A model generated the notes under the pieces. It did no database searches, was not told the DNA's origin, and saw nothing but the letters and a program-made list of their open reading frames with translations. A stretch of 19,062 nt of DNA from Candidatus Margulisiibacteriota bacterium (GTDB lineage: Bacteria > Margulisbacteria > WOR-1 > O2-12-FULL-45-9). The position numbers and the translations under genes were made by a program. Positions 1 through 8,114 of the stretch are shown in pieces (positions within the stretch are counted from its first letter, which is position 1; every line of letters starts with the position of its first letter). The stretch is from NCBI GenBank assembly GCA_043816785.1, contig JBDRHP010000095.1:1-19062 (forward strand), given 5' to 3'.

Positions 1-27
1 TGACCTTACCCCATTGTTAGGACCATT
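1..27 (+). repeat. IS terminal inverted repeat (downstream of orfB)
   Basis: tgaccttaccccattgttaggaccatt matches the reverse complement of 1215-1243 (tgaccttacccccaaaaactggaccactt). Confidence 0.9.
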
Positions 28-895
28 ATGAATTAGAGTAAATCTGGCTGCAAGAGCCAGTTTCCGCCTCCTTTCGGATGAACTCATCCGGCGTTAAATT
101 TCCCAGTGAGCTATGAGGCCTGACTTGATTGTAATCCATTCTCCACTCTTCAATGATCTGCCTAGCATGCCCTAGGTTTATGAACCAATGTTCGTTCAGG
201 CATTCGTCCCGGAGCCGCCCGTTGAAGCTCTCAATATAGGCATTTTCTACCGGCTTACCAGGACGGATAAACTGCAACTTGATTCCCTTACGGTATGCCC
301 ATTCATCCAAGGCCTTGCCGGCAAATTCCGGGCCATTATCAACCATGATCACTTCTGGCAAACCTTCTTGTTCTCCAACCTCGTCCAGCACCCGACAGAC
401 CCTAACCCCATTAATCGAAGTATCGACCTCGATCCTGTGACACTTTTTGGTATACACATCAACGATCGGCAGCGCCTTGAGTTTGCGATTGCTCAATGCC
501 GTATCCGATACGAAATCCATGCACCAGACATGGTTTGGCTTCTCTGGCTTTGGCAAATCCAGCCTCAATCCTGCAACTCTTTTTCGCTTGTTCTTCCGTC
601 GTAATGACAACTTCTCCTCCCCGTAAATTCGTTCCGTCTTTTTGTGGTTTTTCACTAAGCCTTCTCTTTTTAACAAGACGTGGATCCTGGGACAGCCAAA
701 GCGCATCCTTTGCTGAGCGATCTCTTTCATCCTCTGCCGGATGATGTCTTCGGCAACATCCTTCGGCCTGGGCCGGTAACAAAACACCGATTTCGATAAA
801 TTGACCAGCCCGCACGCCCTTCGGATACTCCGCCCAAAGCTGCCGATGAGATATCTCACGGCTTCCTTTTTTGCCTTGGGCGTTAGAAGTTTTTT
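26..895 (-). CDS. IS3 transposase OrfB (integrase-core DDE domain), probably made as an OrfAB fusion by -1 frameshift
   Basis: Motifs WCMDF, DNGPEF, ESFNGRLRDE, YNQVRPHSSLGNLTP. The frame stays open upstream of the GTG at 859 to the slippery site A AAA AAC (+ strand 889-895), reading KKLLTPKAKKEAVRYL. Confidence 0.93.
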   Translation of the reverse strand, partial: KKLLTPKAKKEAVRYLIGSFGRSIRRACGLVNLSKSVFCYRPRPKDVAEDIIRQRMKEIAQQRMRFGCPRIHVLLKREGLVKNHKKTERIYGEEKLSLRRKNKRKRVAGLRLDLPKPEKPNHVWCMDFVSDTALSNRKLKALPIVDVYTKKCHRIEVDTSINGVRVCRVLDEVGEQEGLPEVIMVDNGPEFAGKALDEWAYRKGIKLQFIRPGKPVENAYIESFNGRLRDECLNEHWFINLGHARQIIEEWRMDYNQVRPHSSLGNLTPDEFIRKEAETGSCSQIYSNS

Positions 896-1149
896 GAGAT
901 GACCGCTTTCAGATCATGGATATCCAGCGTCTGGTTAGCCACGATCTGCTTCAGCCGCCGGTTCTCATCTTCCAATGCCCGCAACCGCTTGGCCTCACTG
1001 ACCGTTAAGCCGCCGTACTTGGCCTTCCAGTTGTAGATAGTGGTTTGATGCACCCCATATTTGCGGCACAGATCGGGAATAGGTGTCCCCGCATCCGCTT
1101 CCTTCAACGCACCAATGATCTGTTCTTCGGTATACCTTTTACCCCTCAT
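883..1149 (-). CDS. IS3 transposase OrfA (HTH_Tnp_1)
   Basis: RYTEEQIIGALKEA...LCRKYGV...YNWKAKYGG...RLRALEDENRRLK, a typical IS407-group OrfA ending SKNF at the frameshift window. Confidence 0.95.
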   Translation of the reverse strand: MRGKRYTEEQIIGALKEADAGTPIPDLCRKYGVHQTTIYNWKAKYGGLTVSEAKRLRALEDENRRLKQIVANQTLDIHDLKAVISKNF

Positions 1150-1190
1150 TCACGCACCCCCTAGCATTAGTTTATCCGACTAAATTCTAA

Positions 1191-1216
1191 TTGCCTGCCT
1201 GCCGGCAGGCAGGCAA
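1191..1216. repeat. Perfect 26-bp palindrome (REP-like) inside the IS left end
   Basis: ttgcctgcctgccggcaggcaggcaa equals its own reverse complement. Confidence 0.9.
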
Positions 1217-1243
1217 GTGGTCCAGTTTTTGGGGGTAAGGTCA
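1215..1243 (-). repeat. IS terminal inverted repeat (upstream of orfA)
   Basis: aagtggtccagtttttgggggtaaggtca, complementary to 1-27. Confidence 0.9.
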
Positions 1244-1275
1244 CCTAATCCCTAACCCCTAATTCCCTAACCCCT
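1244..1275. repeat. Degenerate heptamer tandem repeat (CCTAAYC)x4
   Basis: cctaatc-cctaacc-cctaattc-cctaacc-cct directly abutting the IS end. Confidence 0.75.
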
Positions 1276-1338
1276 GTTGAGATTACGACAGGTATCTTAA
1301 GACTGGCTTGCGCCAGCGATTTGCATTATAATCCTAAT

Positions 1339-2256
1339 ATGAAAATCAGCTTTCTGCTTCTAATGCTTATTTTGTTGGCCGCAGGCTGCAGCCTAACCAC
1401 CACCAGCTCAAGCGATATCTTTGATGTTCCTATCCTAACTAACTGGACCAAAGAGAGCGGCATTCGGGTTGTTAATAATGTCTCAACCTGTACCATCAGA
1501 TTAAATGACGGCAGGTATCGGATGTATTATCCTGGAGCCGATGGGATCTCCAGCTCCATCTCAACCGATGGTTTGATCTTTACCGCCGAAGCAGGAACTC
1601 GAGTGGCTAGAGGAACTGGATCAGATTATGACGCTGACATGGCCAAGGACCCGGATATTATTGACGAAGGGACCTTCTACCGCATGTACTATACTGCCAA
1701 TGCCGCGGATGGGAAACATCGCGTGATGAGCGCAACCTCAACTGATGAAGGCTATACCTGGATTAAAGATGCTGGCGTGCGCATTAATTACACTGCGTCC
1801 TATGACCAGCTTGCCGATGTTCAGGCTGCGCTTAAGATCAGTAGTAATAATTATCTCATGGTCTTTGTCTATGACTGGAATGGTCCCAATAGCCTCAAAG
1901 GCGCGATTTCAACCGACGGCTTAAGCTGGGAAGTCAAAACCTTGACCGGCTTTACTGATAACTGCATGGACCCTGATTTGATCCTCGATGCCAGCAACAA
2001 TATCATTATGTTCTTTGCTGCGCCGCGCACCACCAGCGGGCCGGAACCAATGGATATCTATAAAGCAACTTCAACAGATGGCCTTGCCTGGACCGTGACC
2101 GGACGCGCCATTCAGCCGGAAACAAGTGAAGAAGGTAATATAGTAGGGGACCCGGACGTTATCCTGCTGCCCGACGGCTCATACCGCATGTATTATTACG
2201 GCGGCAACCCTCGGGTACAATCTGATATCTTGAGCGCGACTGCGACAAGCCTTTAA
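1339..2256 (+). CDS. Lipoprotein, beta-propeller glycoside-hydrolase-like (GH43/GH32/GH130-type fold, BNR-like repeats)
   Basis: Lipobox LAAGC. Repeated DPD(I/L/V)I...YRMYY and S-T-D-G-x-x-W motifs. Start moved from TTG 1321 to ATG 1339, which gives a clean signal peptide with TATAAT 6 nt upstream. Confidence 0.7.
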   Translation: MKISFLLLMLILLAAGCSLTTTSSSDIFDVPILTNWTKESGIRVVNNVSTCTIRLNDGRYRMYYPGADGISSSISTDGLIFTAEAGTRVARGTGSDYDADMAKDPDIIDEGTFYRMYYTANAADGKHRVMSATSTDEGYTWIKDAGVRINYTASYDQLADVQAALKISSNNYLMVFVYDWNGPNSLKGAISTDGLSWEVKTLTGFTDNCMDPDLILDASNNIIMFFAAPRTTSGPEPMDIYKATSTDGLAWTVTGRAIQPETSEEGNIVGDPDVILLPDGSYRMYYYGGNPRVQSDILSATATSL

Positions 2257-2270
2257 ATAAAGGACGATCA

Positions 2271-2615
2271 TTGGACATAAAAGATTTTGAAAAATACGTT
2301 GAGCAAGCTTTAAAGGACATTCCTCAAAAATTTCGGGATATGATGGAAAACATTACCATTGAAGTTAATCCTGACCAGGTCGTTTTCGACAAGGACCACC
2401 ACCTGATCCTGGGCCAGTATCGCGGCGTCGCTCTGCCTCAAAGAGGTCCTGCCTACCGTAACGTCCTGCCGGATATGATCATTATCTATAAAAAAGCCCT
2501 GGAAAAATTCCCAAAGGAAAGACTGCCCGAACTTATCACTAACGTGCTCCAGCACGAAATAGGGCACTATTTTGGGATGAGTGAAGAAGAGCTGGCTAAA
2601 TATAAGAAGATCTGA
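2271..2615 (+). CDS. Minimal zincin-like metallopeptidase family protein (DUF1025/Zincin_1)
   Basis: LGQYRGV..., PDMIIIYK and HEIGHYFG (HExxH). TTG start with AAGGA SD. Confidence 0.85.
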   Translation: MDIKDFEKYVEQALKDIPQKFRDMMENITIEVNPDQVVFDKDHHLILGQYRGVALPQRGPAYRNVLPDMIIIYKKALEKFPKERLPELITNVLQHEIGHYFGMSEEELAKYKKI

Positions 2616-2645
2616 TAGAGCCCGGGATATGCTAAAATTAGCTTA

Positions 2646-3842
2646 ATGAAAAGAATAATAACCGCGCTGCTGATCCTCCTGGCCGCGTTAGCCATAACTG
2701 GCTGCGAAGAAGCGGTCATTATACCGACCGATCAATTTCAAAAAAGACCATACTTGCTTTACACCAACGACAATACCAGTATGACCGTGGCTTGGCAAAC
2801 AACCGGCCAGACACAACATGCCTATATCGACTGGGGCAGTTCAACTACTTATACCAACCGGTCAGTTGTTTGGGGTGACAGCGCCAACCTCTACACCTTT
2901 ACGATCGAAGGACTAACACCGCAAAGCCGGACCTATTACCAGGTTACAGTGGCTAATGAGTCAGCTACCGGTTCGTTCATGACAGCGCCATTGGCAGCCG
3001 CAACGAACCTTACTTTTTACGCTTACGGCGATAATCGTGATGGCCCAATTGCCCAGGACGGTTTGTTGGCTCGTTTACTTATCGATATGAGAGCCCTGCC
3101 TGACGACCGGCAGACTTTTTGTCTGCATGGCGGAGATCTGACTTTTTATGGTTTAGATGAAAATCAATGGGATGAATATTTTTTCAATCGAGAATATACC
3201 AGCACGCTTGATTTTCTAGCCCAATTCCCAGTAATGATTGCCTTGGGTAATCATGAGGGCTATTCAGCTAGTTATCTGCATGAGGACCAGCCCGGATTAT
3301 TGGCGCGCAAATATTGGCCGTATCCTTATTATGCAGAGACCGGCGAGTCATATTATTCCTTTGATTACGGGCCAGCGCATTTTACGGTGATCGATCAGTA
3401 TTCAAATAATAAGTCCTATACTATTGAAAGTTCAGCGCAGTATAACTGGATCGAAGCTGATCTGCTGGCAACTGCCAAACCCTGGAAGTTTGTTGTTTTT
3501 CACGAGCCTGCCTGGACCGCCTCAACCCAAGAGGGCTATCATGGCAATAACACTACAATTCAGCAGGAGCTTTGTCCGGTTTTTGCGCAGAACGGGGTGC
3601 AGGTAGTTATCCAGGGCCATCAGCATTTTTATGCGCGGGTCAGCCCACCGGATGGCAGACAGTATTTGACCCTTGGCGGCGGCGGCGCGGCGCTTAATCC
3701 TCCGGACGCCAACGCAGCTTATCTTGCTGCTTCTGCCCAGGCCTTTCACTTTGCCCGTTTTGATATTGAAGGGGATGTTTTAACTGTTAGTGTTTTGGAT
3801 GAGAATGGGGCGCTGTTAGACCAGTTTAGTGTGAGTAAATAG
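2646..3842 (+). CDS. Lipoprotein metallophosphoesterase (purple acid phosphatase-like, N-terminal FN3-like domain)
   Basis: Lipobox AITGC. Motifs YGDNR, GGDL, GNHE, FHEP, GHQHFYAR, YYSFDYG. Confidence 0.88.
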   Translation: MKRIITALLILLAALAITGCEEAVIIPTDQFQKRPYLLYTNDNTSMTVAWQTTGQTQHAYIDWGSSTTYTNRSVVWGDSANLYTFTIEGLTPQSRTYYQVTVANESATGSFMTAPLAAATNLTFYAYGDNRDGPIAQDGLLARLLIDMRALPDDRQTFCLHGGDLTFYGLDENQWDEYFFNREYTSTLDFLAQFPVMIALGNHEGYSASYLHEDQPGLLARKYWPYPYYAETGESYYSFDYGPAHFTVIDQYSNNKSYTIESSAQYNWIEADLLATAKPWKFVVFHEPAWTASTQEGYHGNNTTIQQELCPVFAQNGVQVVIQGHQHFYARVSPPDGRQYLTLGGGGAALNPPDANAAYLAASAQAFHFARFDIEGDVLTVSVLDENGALLDQFSVSK

Positions 3843-3886
3843 TCCTCGCTTTACACTGAGTGCAGTTGAGGTGTAGAATTCTGTGT

Positions 3887-4510
3887 ATGAAAAAGCCCTT
3901 CTTAATCATCGTGATCCTGGGCTGCGCGCTCATCATCATCCTTTCCTTCTTATTAAATTCTAAAGGAACGCCGGTAATCCCTGGTTACAATACTCTTTTT
4001 ACCCGCTCCCTGGGCAATGGGCTGGTGTTGTATGGTTTAGAGGCAAAGGAGGGGGAGGATCCGGCGAGTTTGATCGCGGTTTATAAGGCAGCAGAGCTTA
4101 TTTACCGGTTCTCGCCTCTGGTTCCGGCCAGTGTTAATTATCCCCGGCGACTTAGGCTGGAGCAGGGGGAAGTTGTTGGGGGCAGGATGATCGTAACCGC
4201 CTGGGGTGAGACTGGCGCTGATTATTTTGGCACGCATCCGATCGTGATCCAGCAGGTTAATGGAAAATTCAAAGCAATTTCTTTTTACCAGGGGGATCTT
4301 GCCTCTGACCCAAGGATAAAGCGCATCAGTTGGACGCGGAAGGATTTTATTGTCAGGAATTACTTTGATAATTCTGAAAAGGCCAAGACCATTCTAACTC
4401 AGGGAGTATCGGTTACCAGGGATAATAAGATCGAGCTGGATTTTTATGGCGATGAATTACCTCATGCTGCGGAGCACAAGATAGTAAAAATATTACTGCC
4501 AGCAGAATAA
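3887..4510 (+). CDS. Hypothetical membrane-anchored or exported protein
   Basis: MKKPFLIIVILGCALIIILSFLL N-terminal hydrophobic helix. ATG 3887 has TAGAAT 7 nt upstream. No family recognised. Confidence 0.7.
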   Translation: MKKPFLIIVILGCALIIILSFLLNSKGTPVIPGYNTLFTRSLGNGLVLYGLEAKEGEDPASLIAVYKAAELIYRFSPLVPASVNYPRRLRLEQGEVVGGRMIVTAWGETGADYFGTHPIVIQQVNGKFKAISFYQGDLASDPRIKRISWTRKDFIVRNYFDNSEKAKTILTQGVSVTRDNKIELDFYGDELPHAAEHKIVKILLPAE

Positions 4511-4604
4511 AACCTTCTTGTATTCCTTACCATAAGATTAGAAAAAAGCAAAATATATGAAATTTTCCAAAGAAACCTGCGAAAAAGCAGTGAGGTGATC
4601 AATT

Positions 4605-5453
4605 ATGCCAGCATTAATAGTAACAAACAGCAGGCAAATGGCCAGTCGACCAGCAAGATTCGCGGGTAAATTGTTTTCCACAAGACCCTTTCATTGGTTA
4701 AGAAAGCGAGAGCTGCAAAGGATTACACCGCAATTAGCTGATGGTCGAAAACTTTATGTTGATTCAGAAAAACTGGAATATGCCCACGTTTCTCTCTATG
4801 GCCAAACATTGGAATGGACCGCAATATTAGCTGCCCAGCTTGGCGCCTTAAAAATTGAGAGGATAATAATTTCTGACAAGAGAGATGCGGCAGCGGTTGC
4901 AGAATTTATCAATTCAGCGGGAAAAAGTTTGTCTGCCGCAGGAACAGGCGGGATCGAGATCGTTGACCTGGCCACTGAAGCAGGCAGAAGGAGCTTTATT
5001 ACTTCGCCCCTAACAGCCATTGATGATATCAGAGTTACTTTTAATAATTTAAGAAAAGCAGAAAGAGCAGAAGTATTTATGACCTTCCCCTCTGATGAAA
5101 AGGTTGCTTTTATGGCCAACAGTAACATATACCAGCGGGAGGATCTGGTTGAGTTGTTAAATACAGCGGAAAAAAGACAAGTGATCGACAAGGTCTTGGC
5201 CAGACTTGGAAAAATTGACTCAAGCGGGTTCGAGGACATCAGACTGCTTCACGAGTTGCTTAAAGATGAGGGGTTAGGCTACGATGCGGCAAAGTTAGAA
5301 AGCATAGAAGAAGTTAAAGCCGGGTACTACGCCAGGAATAAAGAGTATAACCTTCGGGAAGCGGCCGCAGAAGCAGACAGGCAGAACGAAAATCTTGATC
5401 CAGAAGACTTTAGAGGCACTGGCGGCACGCCATTTCATCAAGCTGGACGTTAG
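4605..5453 (+). CDS. Hypothetical cytoplasmic protein (orphan-like)
   Basis: 282-aa ORF with strong SD (GAGGTGAT). Basic N-terminus, acidic helical C-terminal half. No family recognised. Confidence 0.7.
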   Translation: MPALIVTNSRQMASRPARFAGKLFSTRPFHWLRKRELQRITPQLADGRKLYVDSEKLEYAHVSLYGQTLEWTAILAAQLGALKIERIIISDKRDAAAVAEFINSAGKSLSAAGTGGIEIVDLATEAGRRSFITSPLTAIDDIRVTFNNLRKAERAEVFMTFPSDEKVAFMANSNIYQREDLVELLNTAEKRQVIDKVLARLGKIDSSGFEDIRLLHELLKDEGLGYDAAKLESIEEVKAGYYARNKEYNLREAAAEADRQNENLDPEDFRGTGGTPFHQAGR

Positions 5454-5510
5454 GGCTTTTTAAACTTAAAGTTCAAAAATTAAATCTCAAACTTTTTCTG
5501 TCAAATGGGG

Positions 5511-5619
5511 AATAGGAGGAATAAGAGGTAAAAGTGTAATAGGCGCAATAAGTGTAAAAAGCGCAATAGGCGGAATAGGAGGGGCGCTTATCTCACCTAT
5601 TCCTCTTATTCCTCCTATT
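5511..5619. repeat. 9-mer tandem array (~AATAGGnGn x8) plus inverted arm; element copy A
   Basis: Units aataggagg, aataagagg, taaaagtgt, aataggcgc, aataagtgt, aaaaagcgc, aataggcgg, aataggagg. 5602-5619 is the exact reverse complement of 5511-5528. Confidence 0.9.
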
Positions 5620-5723
5620 TTAATGCTCTTAATATTTCTTTGAGCCCATCTTAAATTTACGCAAACGTTCTAGCAAACCCGTGTATTTATGCAAGTTGTT
5701 GCGGTATAATACGAACAACAAAG

Positions 5724-6617
5724 ATGGCTGACCAAAAACCCTTAGTTGGAATATTTTTTATCATTGCTGCTTTCTTGGCCTATGCCATTATGTCCGGCTT
5801 TGTTAAGGCCTGTTCTCTGTCTGATTTGCCTGTCCAGGAAATAATCTTTTTTCAAAATATCTTCGCTTTAGTAATTTTGCTGCCCTGGCTGCTTAAGGCA
5901 ATCAACGGCGATTGGCTGCCAAAGAATAAGCTATTAGTTGTTAGCCGGGCACTACTCGGCCTGCTTTCCTTTTATTTATTTTTCGTGGCAGTTAAATTAG
6001 TGCCATTGGTTAACGCGGTTTTGCTGCAAAACACCACGCCGTTTTTTATCCCGCTTTTAGCGCTGATATTTTTTAGAAAAAAGATCACTTTAAGAGTCTG
6101 GATCAGTGTTATGATCGGTTTTGTTGGCGTTACCTTAGTGCTTAATCCAGGCCGTGGTTTTCTCCGTTCCGGCGATCTGATCGCTTTAGCAGCCGGCTTA
6201 ATGTCTGCGATAACCACTATTCTAGTTGGCCGGCTTGATGAGAAGAAGGAAACTATTCAAATTATTTTGTTTTATCTCTTTACAATTACTATCTTAGTTA
6301 CTGGACTCTGGTCCATCCCAAACTGGCAAACGCCCTTAGGTATACTCTGGATTTATTTAATTGTATCTGGTATTTTATATGCGGTGTTTCAGGTGTTTTT
6401 TGTGATGTCACTAAAATTCGCATCAGCCACAACCATTGCGCCATTTATCTATATGGTGGTAGTATTTTCCGGTATTGTGGATTGGGTGGTCTGGCATCAG
6501 ACCCCGGGATTGCTAACAGTTGTTGGCGCTGCCGTAGTTATTGGCAGCGGAATATTTTCAGCTTTGCCTAATGGAAAAAGGACTTCGACAAACTCAGTCC
6601 GAGGGAGGTCAGCATGA
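5724..6617 (+). CDS. DMT/EamA family transporter
   Basis: About 10 TM helices in two EamA repeats: SRALLG, TTPFFIPLLA...KKIT, IGFVGVTLVLNPG, APFIY, WHQTP. TATAAT at 5705-5710. Confidence 0.9.
   Translation: MADQKPLVGIFFIIAAFLAYAIMSGFVKACSLSDLPVQEIIFFQNIFALVILLPWLLKAINGDWLPKNKLLVVSRALLGLLSFYLFFVAVKLVPLVNAVLLQNTTPFFIPLLALIFFRKKITLRVWISVMIGFVGVTLVLNPGRGFLRSGDLIALAAGLMSAITTILVGRLDEKKETIQIILFYLFTITILVTGLWSIPNWQTPLGILWIYLIVSGILYAVFQVFFVMSLKFASATTIAPFIYMVVVFSGIVDWVVWHQTPGLLTVVGAAVVIGSGIFSALPNGKRTSTNSVRGRSA
6580..6600. repeat. REP-like hairpin (CTTCGACAAnCTCAG type) embedded in the 3' end of the EamA gene
   Basis: ggact-tcgacaaactc-agtcc. It encodes the hydrophilic tail RTSTNSV. The core resembles a common short palindromic repeat (recalled, not searched). 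Confidence 0.55.
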
Positions 6618-8050
6618 ATAATAAACCCGCATCTGGTCACAAAATAAATGTTTTCACCCTGGTTATGATTACTGCAGCTTTTACAGTCAGCGTGCGGAAC
6701 ATTCCCATCCTGGCAGAGACCGGCTTGCAAATGATTTTCTTATGTTTGGTTGCAGTGCTGGCTTTTCTTATGCCCACAGCTTTAGTTTCTGCAGAACTTG
6801 CTACAGGCTGGCCGCAAAGGGGAGGGGTTTACGTTTGGGTCAAGCAGGCTTTTGGCGACCGCATTGGGTTTTTAGCCATCTGGATGCAATGGGTGCAGAT
6901 GGTCTTTGGCATGATCATGATTCTTTCTTTTGTAGCAGGGTCTTTATCCTTTGCCATTAACCCGGCTCTGGCGGACAATAAATTTTTTGTTTTAGCGATT
7001 ATTATACTGGTTTACTGGGCGCTGACCCTTTTAAACATGCGCGGGATGAAGACTTCCGGCATCATCAGTACGGTTTGTTTGATTGGCGGTGTTTTTATTC
7101 CAGGCGCAGCGATCATTATCTTTGGCCTGATGTATCTTTTCGGCGGCAATCCAATCCAAATGGATCTGGCTTTGACCGCCAGCAATCTTATTCCTGACTT
7201 TAGCAAAATTGGGAATGTTGCCTTGCTGGCTGGAGTATTTTTTATTTACGCCGGGATCGAGGCTTCTGCTTCCCATGCTGCTGAGGTAGATAATCCGCAA
7301 AAAAATTATCCCATTGCGATCTTTTTTGCTGGTCTGCTTTTAATTGTGATCAATATCTTAGGCGGTTTTGCTGTTGGTGCGGTTGTGCCCCATGCGCAGA
7401 TCAGTTTAACTGCCGGCATCATGGAAGCGTTCAAGGTTTTCTTTGCCAAATTCAATGTGTCCTGGCTGGTGCCGATCATGGCTTTGTTAGCAGGTTTGGG
7501 CGCCATTGGCCAGGTCAGCACCTGGGTGGTTGGCCCGGTCAAAGGGTTGTTAGCCACAGCGGAAAACGGCGATCTTCCGCCGATCATGCAAAAAGTCAAT
7601 AAAAATGGTATTCCAACTACCATGCTGATTATTCAGGCTTCTTTGATATCCTTTTTCGGCTTAATGTTCATCCTGATCCCTAATATTAATACGGTATTTT
7701 TAATGATGCTTAACATGACGATCCTGCTTTATTTAATCATGTATATTTTGATGCTGGCAGCTGGGATTCGTTTGCGTTACACCCAACCCAATGTTAAAAG
7801 GGCCTATAAAATTCCTGGCGGAAATATTGGCATGTGGCTGATCGCCGGGTTTGGTATTCTAACTTCTATCTTTGCCATGTTCGTGGGCTTTTTCCCGCCC
7901 TCGCAGCTGCATATCGCAGATGTCAGCTTTTATGTTCTTTTCCTCTTGATCGGCACGATTGTTTTTGCCGCGGTCCCGCTATTAATTTACCAGTTTAGGC
8001 AACCATCTTGGAAGGTTGGGGAACCTGCGACTGAACGTCGCGGTTCCTAG
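6614..8050 (+). CDS. APC-superfamily amino acid permease/antiporter, GadC-like
   Basis: SAELATGWPQRGGVYVWVKQAFG, YAGIEASASHA.EV.NP.KNYP, NKNGIP, LRYTQPNVKRAYKIPGG. About 12 TM helices. ATGA overlap with the EamA gene and GGGAGG SD. Confidence 0.9.
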   Translation: MNNKPASGHKINVFTLVMITAAFTVSVRNIPILAETGLQMIFLCLVAVLAFLMPTALVSAELATGWPQRGGVYVWVKQAFGDRIGFLAIWMQWVQMVFGMIMILSFVAGSLSFAINPALADNKFFVLAIIILVYWALTLLNMRGMKTSGIISTVCLIGGVFIPGAAIIIFGLMYLFGGNPIQMDLALTASNLIPDFSKIGNVALLAGVFFIYAGIEASASHAAEVDNPQKNYPIAIFFAGLLLIVINILGGFAVGAVVPHAQISLTAGIMEAFKVFFAKFNVSWLVPIMALLAGLGAIGQVSTWVVGPVKGLLATAENGDLPPIMQKVNKNGIPTTMLIIQASLISFFGLMFILIPNINTVFLMMLNMTILLYLIMYILMLAAGIRLRYTQPNVKRAYKIPGGNIGMWLIAGFGILTSIFAMFVGFFPPSQLHIADVSFYVLFLLIGTIVFAAVPLLIYQFRQPSWKVGEPATERRGS

Positions 8051-8093
8051 ATATTAAACTAATGGAGCCGAGACGTTTAGTCTCAGGCTCCAT
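8020..8093. repeat. Inverted pair of REP-like bulged hairpins (8020-8047 and 8062-8093)
   Basis: ggaacc-t-gcgac-tgaac-gtcgc-ggttcc versus the reverse complement of the second copy, ggagcc-t-gagac-taaac-gtctc-ggctcc. The stem differences are compensatory. Confidence 0.8.
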
Positions 8094-8114
8094 CGAAAAT
8101 GGAGGGAAAGTAAA

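Larger units (their letters stand above)
1..1243 (-). mobile_element. Complete IS3-family insertion sequence (IS407-like group)
   Basis: Starts TG and ends CA. Terminal inverted repeats TGACCTTACCCC..GGACCA at 1-27 and 1215-1243 (first 12 bp perfect). Contains orfA (HTH) and orfB (DDE) in -1 relative frames. Confidence 0.95.

Noticed and set aside
188..815. Alternative ORFs 188-604, 459-815 and 496-744
   Set aside because: Shadow frames of the IS3 transposase.
5511..5619. 9-mer array as a CRISPR array
   Set aside because: Period is 9 nt with no unique spacers, and there are no cas genes in the window.
5620..5723. Riboswitch or T-box upstream of the transporter operon
   Set aside because: No recognisable conserved motif, and the -10 box is only 13 nt from the start codon, leaving no room for a leader.
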